Below are positions 32,131-45,407 of a DNA stretch of 64,000 nucleotides, piece by piece. Position 1 is the stretch's first letter, and every line of letters starts with the position of its first letter. This stretch comes from Azolla caroliniana (lineage: Eukaryota; Plantae; Polypodiophyta). A program made the translations under genes and the position numbers. Below the pieces are notes generated by a model. That model did no database searches. It saw only the letters and a program-made list of their open reading frames with translations, and was not told the DNA's origin. The stretch spans positions 14,198,001-14,262,000 of the forward strand of contig JBHGNT010000020.1 of the NCBI GenBank assembly GCA_043228905.1, written 5' to 3'.

Positions 32131-35100
32131 TTGCTATTTGCGAGCGTACCCCTGCAATTATATTTTCCTTATTTCCCAAAATGCCCCACCCACACTTAGC
32201 CCCCCCCCCCCCCCCCCAATCAATAGCCCTTTTGGGCCTTAGAGAACCCACACGCCCCCCCAGGGTGTTAGGGGCTGAAAAGACAGAAAAAATTGTGGTG
32301 CATCAAACGTATGCACACATACTCACATATATTGACAAACATTGTCGAACACTTCCAACTTCTGCGTGTGAGTTCTTTTCTCTATTGTTCAGATAAAGTA
32401 AACGCTCGGGGTTGCTTTTGGTACCCCCCCCACCCCCCTTGCCTACGAAAATACCCCTTATGTCTTCAAACAAGCATGAGAAATACACATAAACCCCCCT
32501 CCCTAACAATAATGATATCGTTTTCAAGCCTTGAGTTGCGGAAAGCGATCTATAAAACACCATATTTCTAGGAGGTAGATATAAACCTAACAAATGTTTC
32601 ATGATGAACTTGACAACTTGACTCGTACACCATAACCTTCATACCACTAACCGCGTCATCATGTCTATATGTTCATATTTAATAGTAAAAAGCATGCCTT
32701 ACATTATTGTAAGAAGGATTAACACATTATGCTTTAGCATATACTGACATGATTACCTTTGTTGTGCTCCATACAAGTCACTTTGTTTGAATATCTATAT
32801 TTTGAAAGCAAATTGTTATGTGTATGGATCGAGAATAGAACCTCAAAATGATGGTAAACCACCCACTACCAATTCTATGCCATTCATTCAAGAGTTTGCC
32901 TGCTTTTTAGCTCTTTCTCATGCCCTTAGTTGTTATTTATGCAAAGATAACTCAAAAGTTTTCACCAAATGTCCTACTTCAATGTTATTATTACTTCTAG
33001 TAAATATACCTTTAAATAAAGGCATGTACTCTCTTCACATTTTATGTCCGTATTATGACATACCTTTGAATTCTTGGCCATAAAAATTCAATAAAATATC
33101 CCTAGTAGCACATTGATGCCTATACAACCCTTACAAAATATATTGCAAGGCCCCTTTGAAATTTGCAGTCCATTGTACTGTATTGCCACACGATCTCCTG
33201 TAGCACGACCCATGTGAATAAAATCATACATTGTCATCTCATATATCCATAAGCATCAAAATCAAAAGCCAATAGCAAACATATTGTGGAGCTTCTATGA
33301 TTCCAAAGTTAACATGGGTCTTTTCTTGCCATGAAGTTATTAACTTGAGTGTATCCACCCTTTTTTATGGAACCTTTATATGTAGTAATTACAAATGACT
33401 GGTACAACTATGATTAGTTGCAATCAATAATTCAAGTTTTCTCCACTTGGTGCCAGGTGGGAATTACCTAAACCAAGTTGTGACGGTCATTATTAATATG
33501 CATTGATGAACAAAATTTTGTTATTTCTGAACATTCATTAATAATGTCTATACTATTGTTTTAAATTTACACATTGTCTTTTAAATGTTCTTCATTGGCA
33601 ATTAATAAATTACAAAATGATGTTTGGAGTTCGACTTTTATGAAGTTCTTTAACTAAAAAAGTGTCTCTCTTTGAACAATTTGTGATGGTATTGAGGTGT
33701 ATATTTATGTTGTTTCTCGTATGTTTTGTAAGCTCTGTCTTCTGGTGTATGCTATTTACAAATAATGCTTTCATGTCTTATCCACTTTAGATTATGATGA
33801 CTCACAATCTATCGTGCAAAAGTTGAGATCTTTGTGTCTAATTGACAACATTTTACCCTAACAAACACAAAACCAATTATGAAGTTACTATGAGCAAATC
33901 ATGACCATAAATGTACACATGTAGAAATTTACCCTCTGACTTATTGATTTCTACCTTTTCCTTGATGATTGTATGCAATGGAATTTACAGTCGCACATTG
34001 TGTAACACCTTTTGTCATTCACAAACTTATAAGGTCAATTTGGGGAATGAGTAACAATCTTTCAATCATTTCAAAGGCTTGGGTTTTGGAAGAAGAACAC
34101 AATGGCATGATGATATTTGAACTCTTTGTAACAAACAAAGTAGGGGGGATGTGCACATGTAAGAAGGTCAAATGTACAAAGAGACTAGCTCATTTTGTGA
34201 GGTGTGAGTGAGAATATGTAGAAGTACACCATTGAAATATACAAATTTAAGTTTGAATTAACATTTTCGTTTTCGCCCCACTGGAGATTAAAAACATACA
34301 CTCTCCACATTCCATGAATTTCAAAAGCACTAGTGGAAATAAATCAACATAAATGGTGGATTTCTCCACAAATATTAGAATTTATCGTTAGATTATTAAA
34401 TGAGAAAGTAAGATGCCTTATGTTTAAAAGTCGAATTTTAATCCTATATTAATACATGTGTACGTTTTGCTTCCAACTGTTCATGACGTGGCTTCGCATA
34501 ATTTTCTAAGCATGTGCAAAACTAGTAATAATGATAATTACACACAAACAGGTGTTAGGCTATACTCCAAGGACAAGCACCTAGGTCACAAGATTGACCC
34601 AAGAAAAGAAGAAGCACCATAAACCCTTTAGGATGAGGAAGGATATGTTTTTTGCTTTTGTGTTTTTCTAAGCATCGTTATGTTATCATTTCTGATCCTT
34701 GGGTTCTAGCATATGAATTTTATAGAGGCATCTTTTAGAAGGAAAGTGATTATTAATTGTTATTGTGGTGATCTCGAAGTCAATATGTGAATACTTTATA
34801 CAATGACAGAAATTGCATTACATTCATTTCTTCAAGGGTAAACTTTATGCATATAAAGGCAATCCTTTCATATTGTGCATGCAACGCGTTCTCTTCTATT
34901 GTGTCATGACTCGATTTCCACTTCCAACGTTGGTATTTACTATGCATTGAGTACTAAGGTTTGTCAAAATTTAACAATTTTCAAACTTACACATTGTCCA
35001 CAAACATTGTCCACAAAAGTGTAGGAGAAAGTCCTCTTAGCTACATTGCATATATAAAAAAATGTGGTTTTATATATGTTTTAGCTAGAAGACATTTCTG

Positions 35101-36774
35101 GTTAAAATGATAATGTTTTAAACTATTCATTTCATATATAAAAGAAGCGAAATTGAACCATTCCCTTGCAACTAACATACAATTGATGTTTGTAAACAAT
35201 TCCTTCAAAGGGTGGGCATGCAAACAACATGCCTCCTAAGAGTTCACAAAGGATTAAAGAAACTTCGTATCTTATTAGGAGGCTTCTCTATCTCTTTCGT
35301 GGAACATTATTTAGAACAAGAGTATCACAATGCATCTTTATAAATCATTTCATAATCCTTGAGAAGTGCAAACTTTAGAGGCTTCGATTAGCCGCAAGTC
35401 CTTGTCATGATGTATTACCTAATTTATCACATAGGACTTTTATCCTCTCTTCAAACTTTCCTACCATATGGTTCTAGCTACCTCTTGCCCTAACCTCAAA
35501 TATTGGTGATCAACCCCCCCTTGGTAGTCATTCCTTTGGGGCGAAAATGGGGTCCAACATAGACAAAGGCCTATGACATTAATATACATATACATCATAC
35601 ATACATACATACATATGTATGTATGTATATTTATTAAAGAAGAGTAATTAGTCAACCAAGGAAGGCAAGACAAGTAATGAACACAAGACCATCTCCTTAG
35701 GAACAGGAAATTTTTTTAAGGTATAAAGAGCAATACATGTATATGTGTGTATGAAAAAAAGACAGCTTTAAATACAATACTCCGGGCACTCTGTTCAAGG
35801 ATCATTAAGAGAGTTAACTGCCCATAAAAAGAAGAAAGAAAAAATTGAAGGCTTTTAAAGACAAGTTTAATCTTGAAAGGAAAAGAGAGGAAAAGAGATT
35901 TGACCCAAATAATGACTACAACAAAGTGCTCCTCAAAAACACTCTCAAGAATCATGATGAAGAGAAAAAAATCTTGTTATGTTAATTACAATGAGGGGGT
36001 TTTTTCATAGCCATTATTGTTAGGTTATTCTTTTCCGTTTGGGAGACCTCTCTTTTGCTTTTCACCCCATTTTCACAGAAAAAAAACTGGCCATGAAAAT
36101 GTTAAGTGAAGATGAAAAAGAAAATTTGACACAAATGTCTTCTGTTCTCTCCTTTTTTTTGCTACCTAGAGAGGGGGGGTCATAGTCAAGTAATACAAAT
36201 TCTTCTCATTCTTTTTCTCTTGCTTTTTTGCTTTTCTTGTAGCCCTTTCAGAACAACCCTTCTTCACCTCTTTTTGTGTTTAGGCAAGTCTGAAAAACAA
36301 AATGGTTTGTGACCCACAACCTTAGATTGTTTGGTTTGACATAGTAACGACCTTTTTGGTTTGAGATATTCACCAAAATGTCTGTATATAGTGAGTGAAG
36401 ATCTAATAAAAATCTCCACCATATCCAAAGCTTGGTGTGTATGAGTATTTTAATTCCTTTACATATCACCTCATATCGCCATGGAAACATTTCCAATCAG
36501 AAAACGCATGAAACTGGTCAACCGCAATTTGAGCTTATTGAGGTATCTATAAATGTAGATATACTTCTCCAGCTTCCATTTTCTCTTCTTCCGCTGTGAA
36601 ATTCAGCTTGACTGTAAGCATACCTCCATTTTTGTCTTGAAGCTCAAAACAGCTCAGTACCCTCTCTACCGTTGGCCATGATCATATCCATCGTGAAAAA
36701 CCCATCCTTGTTTCAGCATTTTCTTTTTCATTGTTGCACTTTCCTCAAATTCTTCCATGAATTGGCATATTCTT

Positions 36775-39700
36775 TTATGTCTTTTCTCGGAAAATGTCTC
36801 TTATGAATAGTTGAAACCTTTTGGAGTACAGTTCAGGGTCTACTGCTGATATGGAGAGGGAATCAAATTGTATTGATTTATAGGCATGTTCTAGCCTCTT
36901 GCCCATATCATATTCTTGTAAGATATCAATGATCCCAAAGTATAACCGCACCTCAAAAACTTCAACATTCCCATCCTTGAGCTTTCGAGAGGCAATAGCA
37001 GGCATGTTAGAACCTATTTGAATAATGCACCTGAAAAAAGGAACGAGATATTGTTTTACGCTTTAGCATATTGCAAAAGCAGGTAGAACTAGATGTTTTG
37101 CATTTTTAGTCATTTTAACTACATTACCTATCCTTTTCCCACGTTGGCGGTTTGTCTTTTGTATATGTCTGTGTAGCAGTCGATATGAGATGAGCCTGCT
37201 CCTTCAAGCTCTTAATCTCTTGAGGTCCTATTGAAAAAAAACAAGAACGTACACTTGAAATTAAAAATGCTTCCATAATGCAAACCCAGAAAAATGTCAC
37301 ACAATCAGAGGAAATGTTCATAAAACAAATAAGGAAGAATTTAAAGACAAAAAAATCATTGTTACATCCGAATATCAGGATATATTTCAAGATACATGGA
37401 TAATGCACTAACCTAGGGAAAAAAATACCATTAATGGAAGTGAGAATAGATATGGGCGAATTTGAAATACGAAAAATATACATCATTACTAGCTTTTTCA
37501 AATTGTCACACAGTAATAGATTAAAATAAAAAATCATTAATGAGTTACAATAATGGTAATAGAAATATGCCACCAATAAAAGCTCAAGAATCACTACACG
37601 AATATCAACAAATGAATCAATAGATGTAAAAAGAACACACAAACACACCATTGTTGAATTCAGATTTTGAAGTTGTTGATTTGCTGAAATGAACTCCCAG
37701 CAACAGGCTATAATCCATTATATGTTCCAATTCTAGAAACTTACAATCTTTGGAAATTTGTCTGGAGCCAAATTACAAATTACAGTTAATATCAGTTACA
37801 TGAGTGAAAGTTAAAGCCTGCTTCACATAGAAGAAGAGAAAAGACTCAAAAACGTACTCTAAGACAATATGTTTCCAAGACGTATCCAGTTGAAATACAA
37901 GATCCAAATCAAGATCTTTTAACGTGGTCCCATAGTCTGTGTCAGATTCTCTTTCAGTAGATCGACCTTGAGAAGAACCCTTCAAGTCGAATTTTCGATG
38001 GATCCGAGATTCACTAGATACAACATTTCCCATCACCATAAAGCGAACCTAGTGAATAATAGACTTCCTCAAAATCAACTCAACATTTCATGAAAAATAA
38101 AAACCATAATAGTTGGAATTGATTGGAACAAACAAAAATCTATTATTTATTACATACCTTTGGACCAGTTGCAGGCTTGATCCTATGCAATCCAAAAAAC
38201 CTTGTAAGCAATGTATTCTTATTCGTTTGTACATGATCATAATACCGTGGAAGCATTTTCAAGAGAGCCTGATTGACAAGATGCAAAATAAAAGACAGAC
38301 AATAAGCACAAAAGTAAATGGAAAATGAAATAATGTTCAAATAAGAAAAACAGTATACATACCTTGACCTCAACTTTTCGAAGGGTTTTGATTATGAAAC
38401 GTTCATTATGAGAGATATAAAAGATACTTCCACTCTTCCCGGGTGAAGATAACTCTCTCAATCCCTCATTTCCACATATAGAAAGCATGTACTCAGCAGC
38501 ATCAATGCTGAAAGTTTCCCTCAAATGCCTGAAAGAGCAAATAAAGAAACATATTTGATCAAAACATTGTTATCTGTTAATAAATATGGATAGAAATGAA
38601 GAAAGATTCAATTTTCATGCACAGCCTTGGGTCGTCTCTTAATACTAATGTATCTTTTCTTGGAAAAAAAAAAGAGAAAGATTCAATAGGCATTGTGTTA
38701 TATTGTAAGTGAGCAAAATAATACTATGAACTACAGATATGAATGGCCAAAGTATTGCGTAGCCCGACTCTACATCACATCCTAGAGTATTGTAATACTC
38801 CACCTATACATTAATGTGCACATTACTATTGCTACAATGAACGAAAATAATGCCTTAACAATGAATATTATGATTGAGCAAAATTTTGTCCATATTGATC
38901 ATTACAGCATAGAACTACTAAAATTTGTATGATATTAATACTGACCGGAAGACTAGAGGGCAGTAATCCTTCCATTTGAAGTCGGTAGATGAATGAGAAG
39001 GAGTAAGTTGAGATCCTTCTCGAGGGAAGTTCATTCGGATCCGCGCTTTCAGCCCAAAATCAGTCAGGACAAGTTTCCTCCGCGGTTTTGGTGTAACATT
39101 CCCAACAGAATATCTACATATACACGGTTAGACATAAAAAAAAAGACACTTGCACAGATGAGAATAAAACTGTATTTCATATGATATTTAGTGTGTTTTT
39201 TTACCTGATTCCTAACTGCAAATTTAGCATGAAGTCGTAGCTTCTGTGGCCTTTGTAGATGACTTCTCCAGGCAGTTTTTTTTGTTGGTTGCCACGTGTC
39301 TCTTCTAAAACCCCTACTTTGCTTTTGAGCTCTCCATGAGATGCATCAAAACACCTTGAAAGACTCTCTTCTTTCAAACTTCCACATCTGCAAAGCCTAT
39401 CTAAGAAGTTATTTCCCTCTCCATTAACCATGAGTTGTCTAAATTGATCAGTAGGGAAGCTTTGAGTCATCTTCCTAATCTCTCTAGGCATGTGAGAAGG
39501 AGAACAAACTTTAGGTCTATTATAAGACCCAACCACATTAGAAGATTCCATTTCTTCATCAATAACGAAACAACCTTCTCCGTAAAGATCGCGATCTTTA
39601 TCAGACAGTTCTGTATACTCTTGTAAACACAGTTTCTCTTGCAAGAAGTGGGTATCTGAAGGTATGAACCTTCCTTTGCCAAATTTAGAGCCTTTCTTCC

Positions 39701-40619
39701 AATTTCCAAAATAAGAACTACCATCAGCCCATGTATATACACCGTGGCCATCAGCTAAACCATCCACCCAATGGCCATCATACTTATCTCCGCATGACCA
39801 CATCAGCATACCTCTTCCACTCATCATTCCATTCTTCCATTTCCCATAGTATTCATTCCCATTGCTCCAACTATATCTCCCTTGACCTTCTGGTAAATCC
39901 CATTTCCATGACCCTTCATAAATATCACCATTTGCATACATTTTCCTTCCAAAACCATGTTTCTTGTTAAGAATCCAATTGCCTTTGTATACAGACCCAT
40001 CCGGACTTTTCAATGTACCTACACCATGAAGATTTCCTGCCATGATTTCTCCTTCGTAGAATGTTCCTGAAGGCCAAGAAGCTTTACCCCATCCACTTAT
40101 TTGCTCGTCAAATCCAAATTCTCCTTCACATACACCATTATCTGACCATTTACTATTGTGCTCTGTTTCTCCCCTGTTCTTCTCGTTCAAGCCAAGGAAG
40201 AGATTCTCACAACTTAGGCTGTGTTTCTTCTTCTTATTCTTCTTAATCTTATTCTTCTTCTTCTTCTTCTTCTTGTGGCAAGGATTGCTAATAATTTTCT
40301 TCTCAAAATGGTAAGGTTCATCCGTTTGGGCATGAATTAAGTCTAAGCCATTATTGAAACTATCACTATTATCGTTACTATCGTTGTTATTATTTTCTTC
40401 ATCTTCTTCTTCTTCTTCTTCTTCTTCATCATCTACATGAGCTACTGGTCCAGACATACAAAAAAGACCACTAGGGATGGTTTTCCTATGTGCCAAAACA
40501 CTTCTTTTGGGTTGATTAGATTGTAGCTCACCCAAGAAGCTCTTCATTACCTCTACATATTGATACACATTCACTGCTTTAGACACATCCAATGCCTCTT
40601 TAATGGATCCTCCTACCAT
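36775..40619 (-). CDS. PIP5K: Phosphatidylinositol 4-phosphate 5-kinase, plant subfamily B with MORN repeats, 8 coding exons
   Basis: Minus-strand exons 40619-39205, 39113-38946, 38528-38363, 38268-38158, 38048-37858, 37761-37649, 37227-37128, 37030-36775. MORN repeats ([21 protein letters not shown]), [76 protein letters not shown]. Confidence 0.94.
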
Positions 40620-41282
40620 GGAAATACAAAATGCAGATCAATAGAATGGGTCTAAAGAGAGAACTGTAGTCCAGCTGTGGTTTGAATCATAAATATGCAA
40701 GTAGTATAGGTGGGTAATGGTGTGAAAAAATCACATGTACAAGGCACTGTTGTAGTGAGATTAGTGTTGAGAGAAAGATAATAGGTCAATGTGTGAGTGA
40801 AAGCAGCTGTCTTTCTGTAGACATTCTCTGTGAAAGGGGCTAGAAGAAGAACGAGAGAAAGAAAGAACGAAGAGGATGATGGCGATGGTGAAGAAGAGCA
40901 AGTGGGAGTAATAAATAAATAAATAAAGGGGTGCAAGAATTGCTCAAAAATAGGGAAGGATCTTTTGCATGAGAGGCAATGAACCCATTTCACACAGAGC
41001 AGAGCAGAGGGTAAAAGAAGATCCAGAAATGAAGAGATTTCTTTGAATGGAATAAATGATATAGCTGAGAAAGCGGGGAGGCAGAGCAGAGTCTTCTCAG
41101 AGAGAGAAGAAATAAGAATACAGAGCTTTATGAAGCCAATTCTCAGAGAGCCAGAGAGGAGGAGGAGGAAGATACAGAAATGAGGGAATTACTTTGCATA
41201 GAATAATGATATAGCAGAGAGAAGGAAAATACTCTCGCACACTAAATGAACAGGGATGGAGGAACAGGGGAGAAGAAAACTT

Positions 41283-41319
<37 letters not shown>

Positions 41320-41596
41320 GGCGGAGGAAAAGGAGGTTATTTCTTCTTTCTTCTTCTGTGTCTGTCCGAGAGGGGAGGGGGGGGGGGGGTTATTATGGCT
41401 GGGCCTCTTTACTTGGAGACGTTCCCATCGAAAAAACACAGAGAAAGATAGAGAGAGAGATGGGGGAGCATTTCCTTCTGACTGGCTCTTTTTTGCTTCT
41501 CTCTCTCTCTCTCTCTCTCCACAACTTGCGTTCCCCTGCGATCACAAAACACAGAGCACAAGGCACATGATGATGTAGACTCTTTTTGGGAAGAGC

Positions 41597-42217
41597 TCAG
41601 AAGAGAGAGAGAGAGAGAGAGAGAGTGTGTGTGTGTGTAGAGAGAGAGTGTGTGTTTTCTGCTGTGTGTCTGAGTAGAGAGAGAGAGAGTGTGTGTGTGT
41701 GTGTAGAGAGAGAGTGTGTGTTTTCTGTTGTGTGTGTCTGAGTAGAGAGTGTGTGTGTGTGTGTGTATGTCTGACTGGGTCGAGAGAGAGAGAGACTGTG
41801 TGTGTGTCTGAGTAGAGAGAGAGAGAGAGTGTGTGTGTGTGTGTATGTGTGTCTGAGTAGAGAGAGAGAGAGAGTGTGAGTGTGTGTGTCTGAGTAGAGA
41901 GAGAGAGAGAGACTGTGTGTGTGTCTTAGTAGAGAGAGATCGAGTGAACGTGTGTGTATAGAGAGAGAGAGAGAGAGAATGAGTGAGTGAATGTGTGTGT
42001 GTGTGTGTGTCTCGGTAGAGAGAGAGAGTGTGTGTGTGTGTCTCGGTAGAGAGAGAGAGTGTGTGTGTGTGTGTATCTGAGTAGAGAGAGAGCGAGTGAA
42101 TGTGTGTGTCTTAGTAGAGAGAGAGCGAGTGAATGTGTGTGTATAGAGAGAGAGAGAGAGAGAATGAGTGAGTGAATGTGTGTGTCTTAATAGAGAGAGA
42201 GCGAGTGAATGTGTGTG

Positions 42218-42259
<42 letters not shown>

Positions 42260-42610
42260 CAGTGAGTGAATGTGTGTGTTTGTGTCTCTGAGTAGAGAGA
42301 GAGTGTGTGTGAGTGAAGTGCGTATGTTTGAGTAGAGAAGAGAGTGTGTTGTGTATGTCTGAGTAGAGAGAGAATGTGTTGTGTGTGTCTGTCTGAGTAG
42401 AGAGAGAGTGGAGTGAAGTAAAGAGAATGTGTAGAGGGACAAACAATCGTATGTTTGTGTGTGACAGTAGAGAGAGAGACTGACTGTGATTGTATGTGAA
42501 AGTGTGGAGTGAGAGAGAGAGAGTCTGTGTGTGTGTGTGTGAGAGTGAAAGAGAGAGAGAGAGAGAGAGAGAGGCATTGAGTGTCTGAGTGAAGAGAGAG
42601 AGAGATGGGG
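41597..42610. repeat. ~1-kb compound (GA)n/(GT)n microsatellite with a higher-order unit
   Basis: Recurrent pattern CTGAGTA-(GA)n-(GT)n and variant (GA)n-GCGAGTGAAT-(GT)n. Confidence 0.92.
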
Positions 42611-43144
42611 TAGATAGAGACTATCCAATATGATAATGCATGATGCATCTATCGATGTAGCCAAATATAGAGAGGGAGAGAGAAAGAGAAAGAGAGTGCC
42701 ACTACTTTTATCACTTATTATACCCCTCCCTCCAATTTGGCCATTTTTTTCCTCCTTGATAAAGCCTCTCAAAGACGGATAAGATCGGTTGGCACCTCTA
42801 TAGCTTTGGCCAAGAGATTTTGCATGACGCGCGTATTTCTCGTGTGAACATGGTTATTGTGGTCCTACGTTGACGACCAAACCCTAGTTATGAATTCCAC
42901 TAGACGAGTTTCTAGAAACCCTAAACCCTAACTACCATTGAATCGGACTACAGTGTCCAAAATCAGGCGGGTCACTTAGCAGACAACACCCAAAAATCCA
43001 TCTTCATGTTATTACAAATTTAAGTGGAGAGGCAACAATAAATTGTCTATTGTCCTTTGAAGAGGTTGCAGAGAGGCCGATGAGCCTATGTCAAACAGAT
43101 ACATACGATACACATGTTCACTCAATCAAGAAACGAACAATTTT

Positions 43145-43184
<40 letters not shown>

Positions 43185-45230
43185 GAAAGGGGTTAAAAAT
43201 AACTTCTACGGAGAGGTCACTAGGTTTTTGCAGTTGTCTACCACCTCTCTTTGCGTTAAATGTATTTCTTCTTACATACATAATGCAAAGCAAGGAATCA
43301 AGACATAAGAACAAGAATCCATCAATCACAACCTTCTTACTGCTCCCTCCTCGAAGGTAAATCAACAATAAGAAAGTTGCTTGGGGGTTTTGCTTCTCAG
43401 ACAACGATTTCCTTAACCTTTGGTCTCTACTTCTTGCTCCATGGCAAAATAGTGAACTTCGAATCACATCAATCACTTCCTAACCAATTACATGCACCCC
43501 TCTTGCTTTTCGCTTTTTTACTCTTCGAGAGAACCTTTTCCAAATCGTCATAATAAAGAACCCATAGACACCGATAAACAAGCATTCCCACACTTGCTTT
43601 TTGTTTTTATGGACTAAGGTAAAAAGGTACAAAATAAAGAACCTTTTGATCCCCTCCCCCCTCCCTTGGCCGCATGCTTTTTAGACCGACCCTTTTCTAA
43701 TCGTTCTCCTTCTAGGTCAAGAAATAAAAAAGGTTAAATAGGAAACATCGGCTTTTGCTTTGCGTTTTGCTTTTTTGGCAATCTTTCTTTCAAGGTCGAG
43801 GTATCTTGTTTGTTTTATTTGTTTTGCTTTTTTGGTTAGGGCCTTTTTCCGACTCCTCTTCCCAAGGCCATAAAATATAAATACTAGTGGCCTTCTAAGT
43901 GGTCAAGTGTGTGGAATCTAAAAGAAAAAGTATGATAAAAATGGATATTTTTAGATTTTCTAGCATTGTAGTGCTATTTAACTGGAGACCGAGTTTAGGC
44001 CGAACACATTTCCACCAACCTAAAAAAATAATCTTAGTCTTTATACAAGGGAATAGTATGTGTTCTCATGACTCTTGGGCGAAAAGAGTAGATTAACTAT
44101 TTCTCAACTCACAATTGGATAAATGCTAATAGCATCTAGATGAGCCTTTGAACTTGCAATAACTTGGGGTATAATAATAAATAACCCATGCGGAAAAATA
44201 TTCTTTGTAGCTTTATTTCGAACAAGTAAACATGGATTTTGTCATTGGCTAGTATGTAGAAAAATAAAACAGAGGATTCTTCAGTTACTTTCATTACATT
44301 GCACTTTAGAAGAGATAAATAGATATATTATCAACATATGTGGGAGATCGAATACGATCTATAAGACCAGAGTGCCCCCATGGAGAGTATCGACACACTA
44401 ATAGATATATCACATATATATAGGTAGGTAGGTAGACAATTAGATAGATAGCCGAGTTATAGGTAGACCAACAAATACATAGAACGTCCATGTAAAGGGC
44501 AAACCAAAATACAATCTTTGTATTGGGTGGGAGATAAGGAGATAGAGACATCGATAAAAGAAGACAAATAAAATTGCACACATATCATTAGGTTGTGTGG
44601 AGCTTGTAGTGTATTCAATCAAGAATAGTCATAAAGACAACATTTAAGAATTGCATTAAACTTTAAGATGGGGTTTTAGCTATTATTAACCATCTTGAGG
44701 TGGGAAACAAGAAGGTAGGGGTTATTTTGGGGGTTGGGGAGGAGGTGATTTTGATGGAAATCTGGTCTTTCATCATTATGGCCTTTTGTTTCACCTCTAC
44801 CTCTATCTCTCTCTATGTACAGATACATATATCATACAATGTTTTCCATCATTACGATCATGGATTCCGACAATAAATGAGCCTCTCCCTCTACTACAAC
44901 TTCATTATGTAACCTCAAAATTTTCAATCATCACCATCATGGATGGATTCCTTTCTTTGGCCATTTTGGAACTTGGTAGAGTAAATGACCCCCCCCCTCC
45001 CCTCTCACTCTCTCAGTCTATCTCTCAACCTTTGCTAAGTATTCACATTGGGTCACTCGCTTACTTGCCCATCAATCCATTCCCTTTCCGTTGCATCATG
45101 AAGATTTCCACGATTCCATGCACTAGAAATAGATGATGTCATCTTTGCTACACTCTTCTTCATATTGTCACCCTCACCCCCCACAAACCAACTTTTGACT
45201 TTCAATCACTTCCATCCCTCCCAAGGTACA

Positions 45231-45407
45231 TCGATGATATGAAGATGTAAAGGACTTCCTTCTACTATAGGAATCTATCCCCTTTGTTGATCGATGTATG
45301 GAACGATGATACAAAGATGGAAAGGACTTCTACTGTAGGAATCTAACACATGCGTACAAAATAATGATAAAGAGATGTAAACGAGTTCTAATTTAGGAAT
45401 CTATCCT
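45231..45407. repeat. Three degenerate copies of a ~45-60 bp unit
   Basis: CGATGATA..AAGATG.AAAGGACTTC..TAGGAATCTA at ~45232, ~45304 and ~45362. Confidence 0.7.

Noticed and set aside
32150-32460. Mutator/MITE-like words (CCAAAATGCCC) shared with ~720-970, and a long C-run
   Set aside because: No terminal inverted repeat pair or TSD could be defined.
37124-37651. 175-aa hydrophobic ORF
   Set aside because: Mostly T-rich PIP5K intron in frame with coding exon 7.
41597-42772. 391-aa and overlapping ORFs rich in S/L/H/T
   Set aside because: Translation of stop-free dinucleotide repeats.
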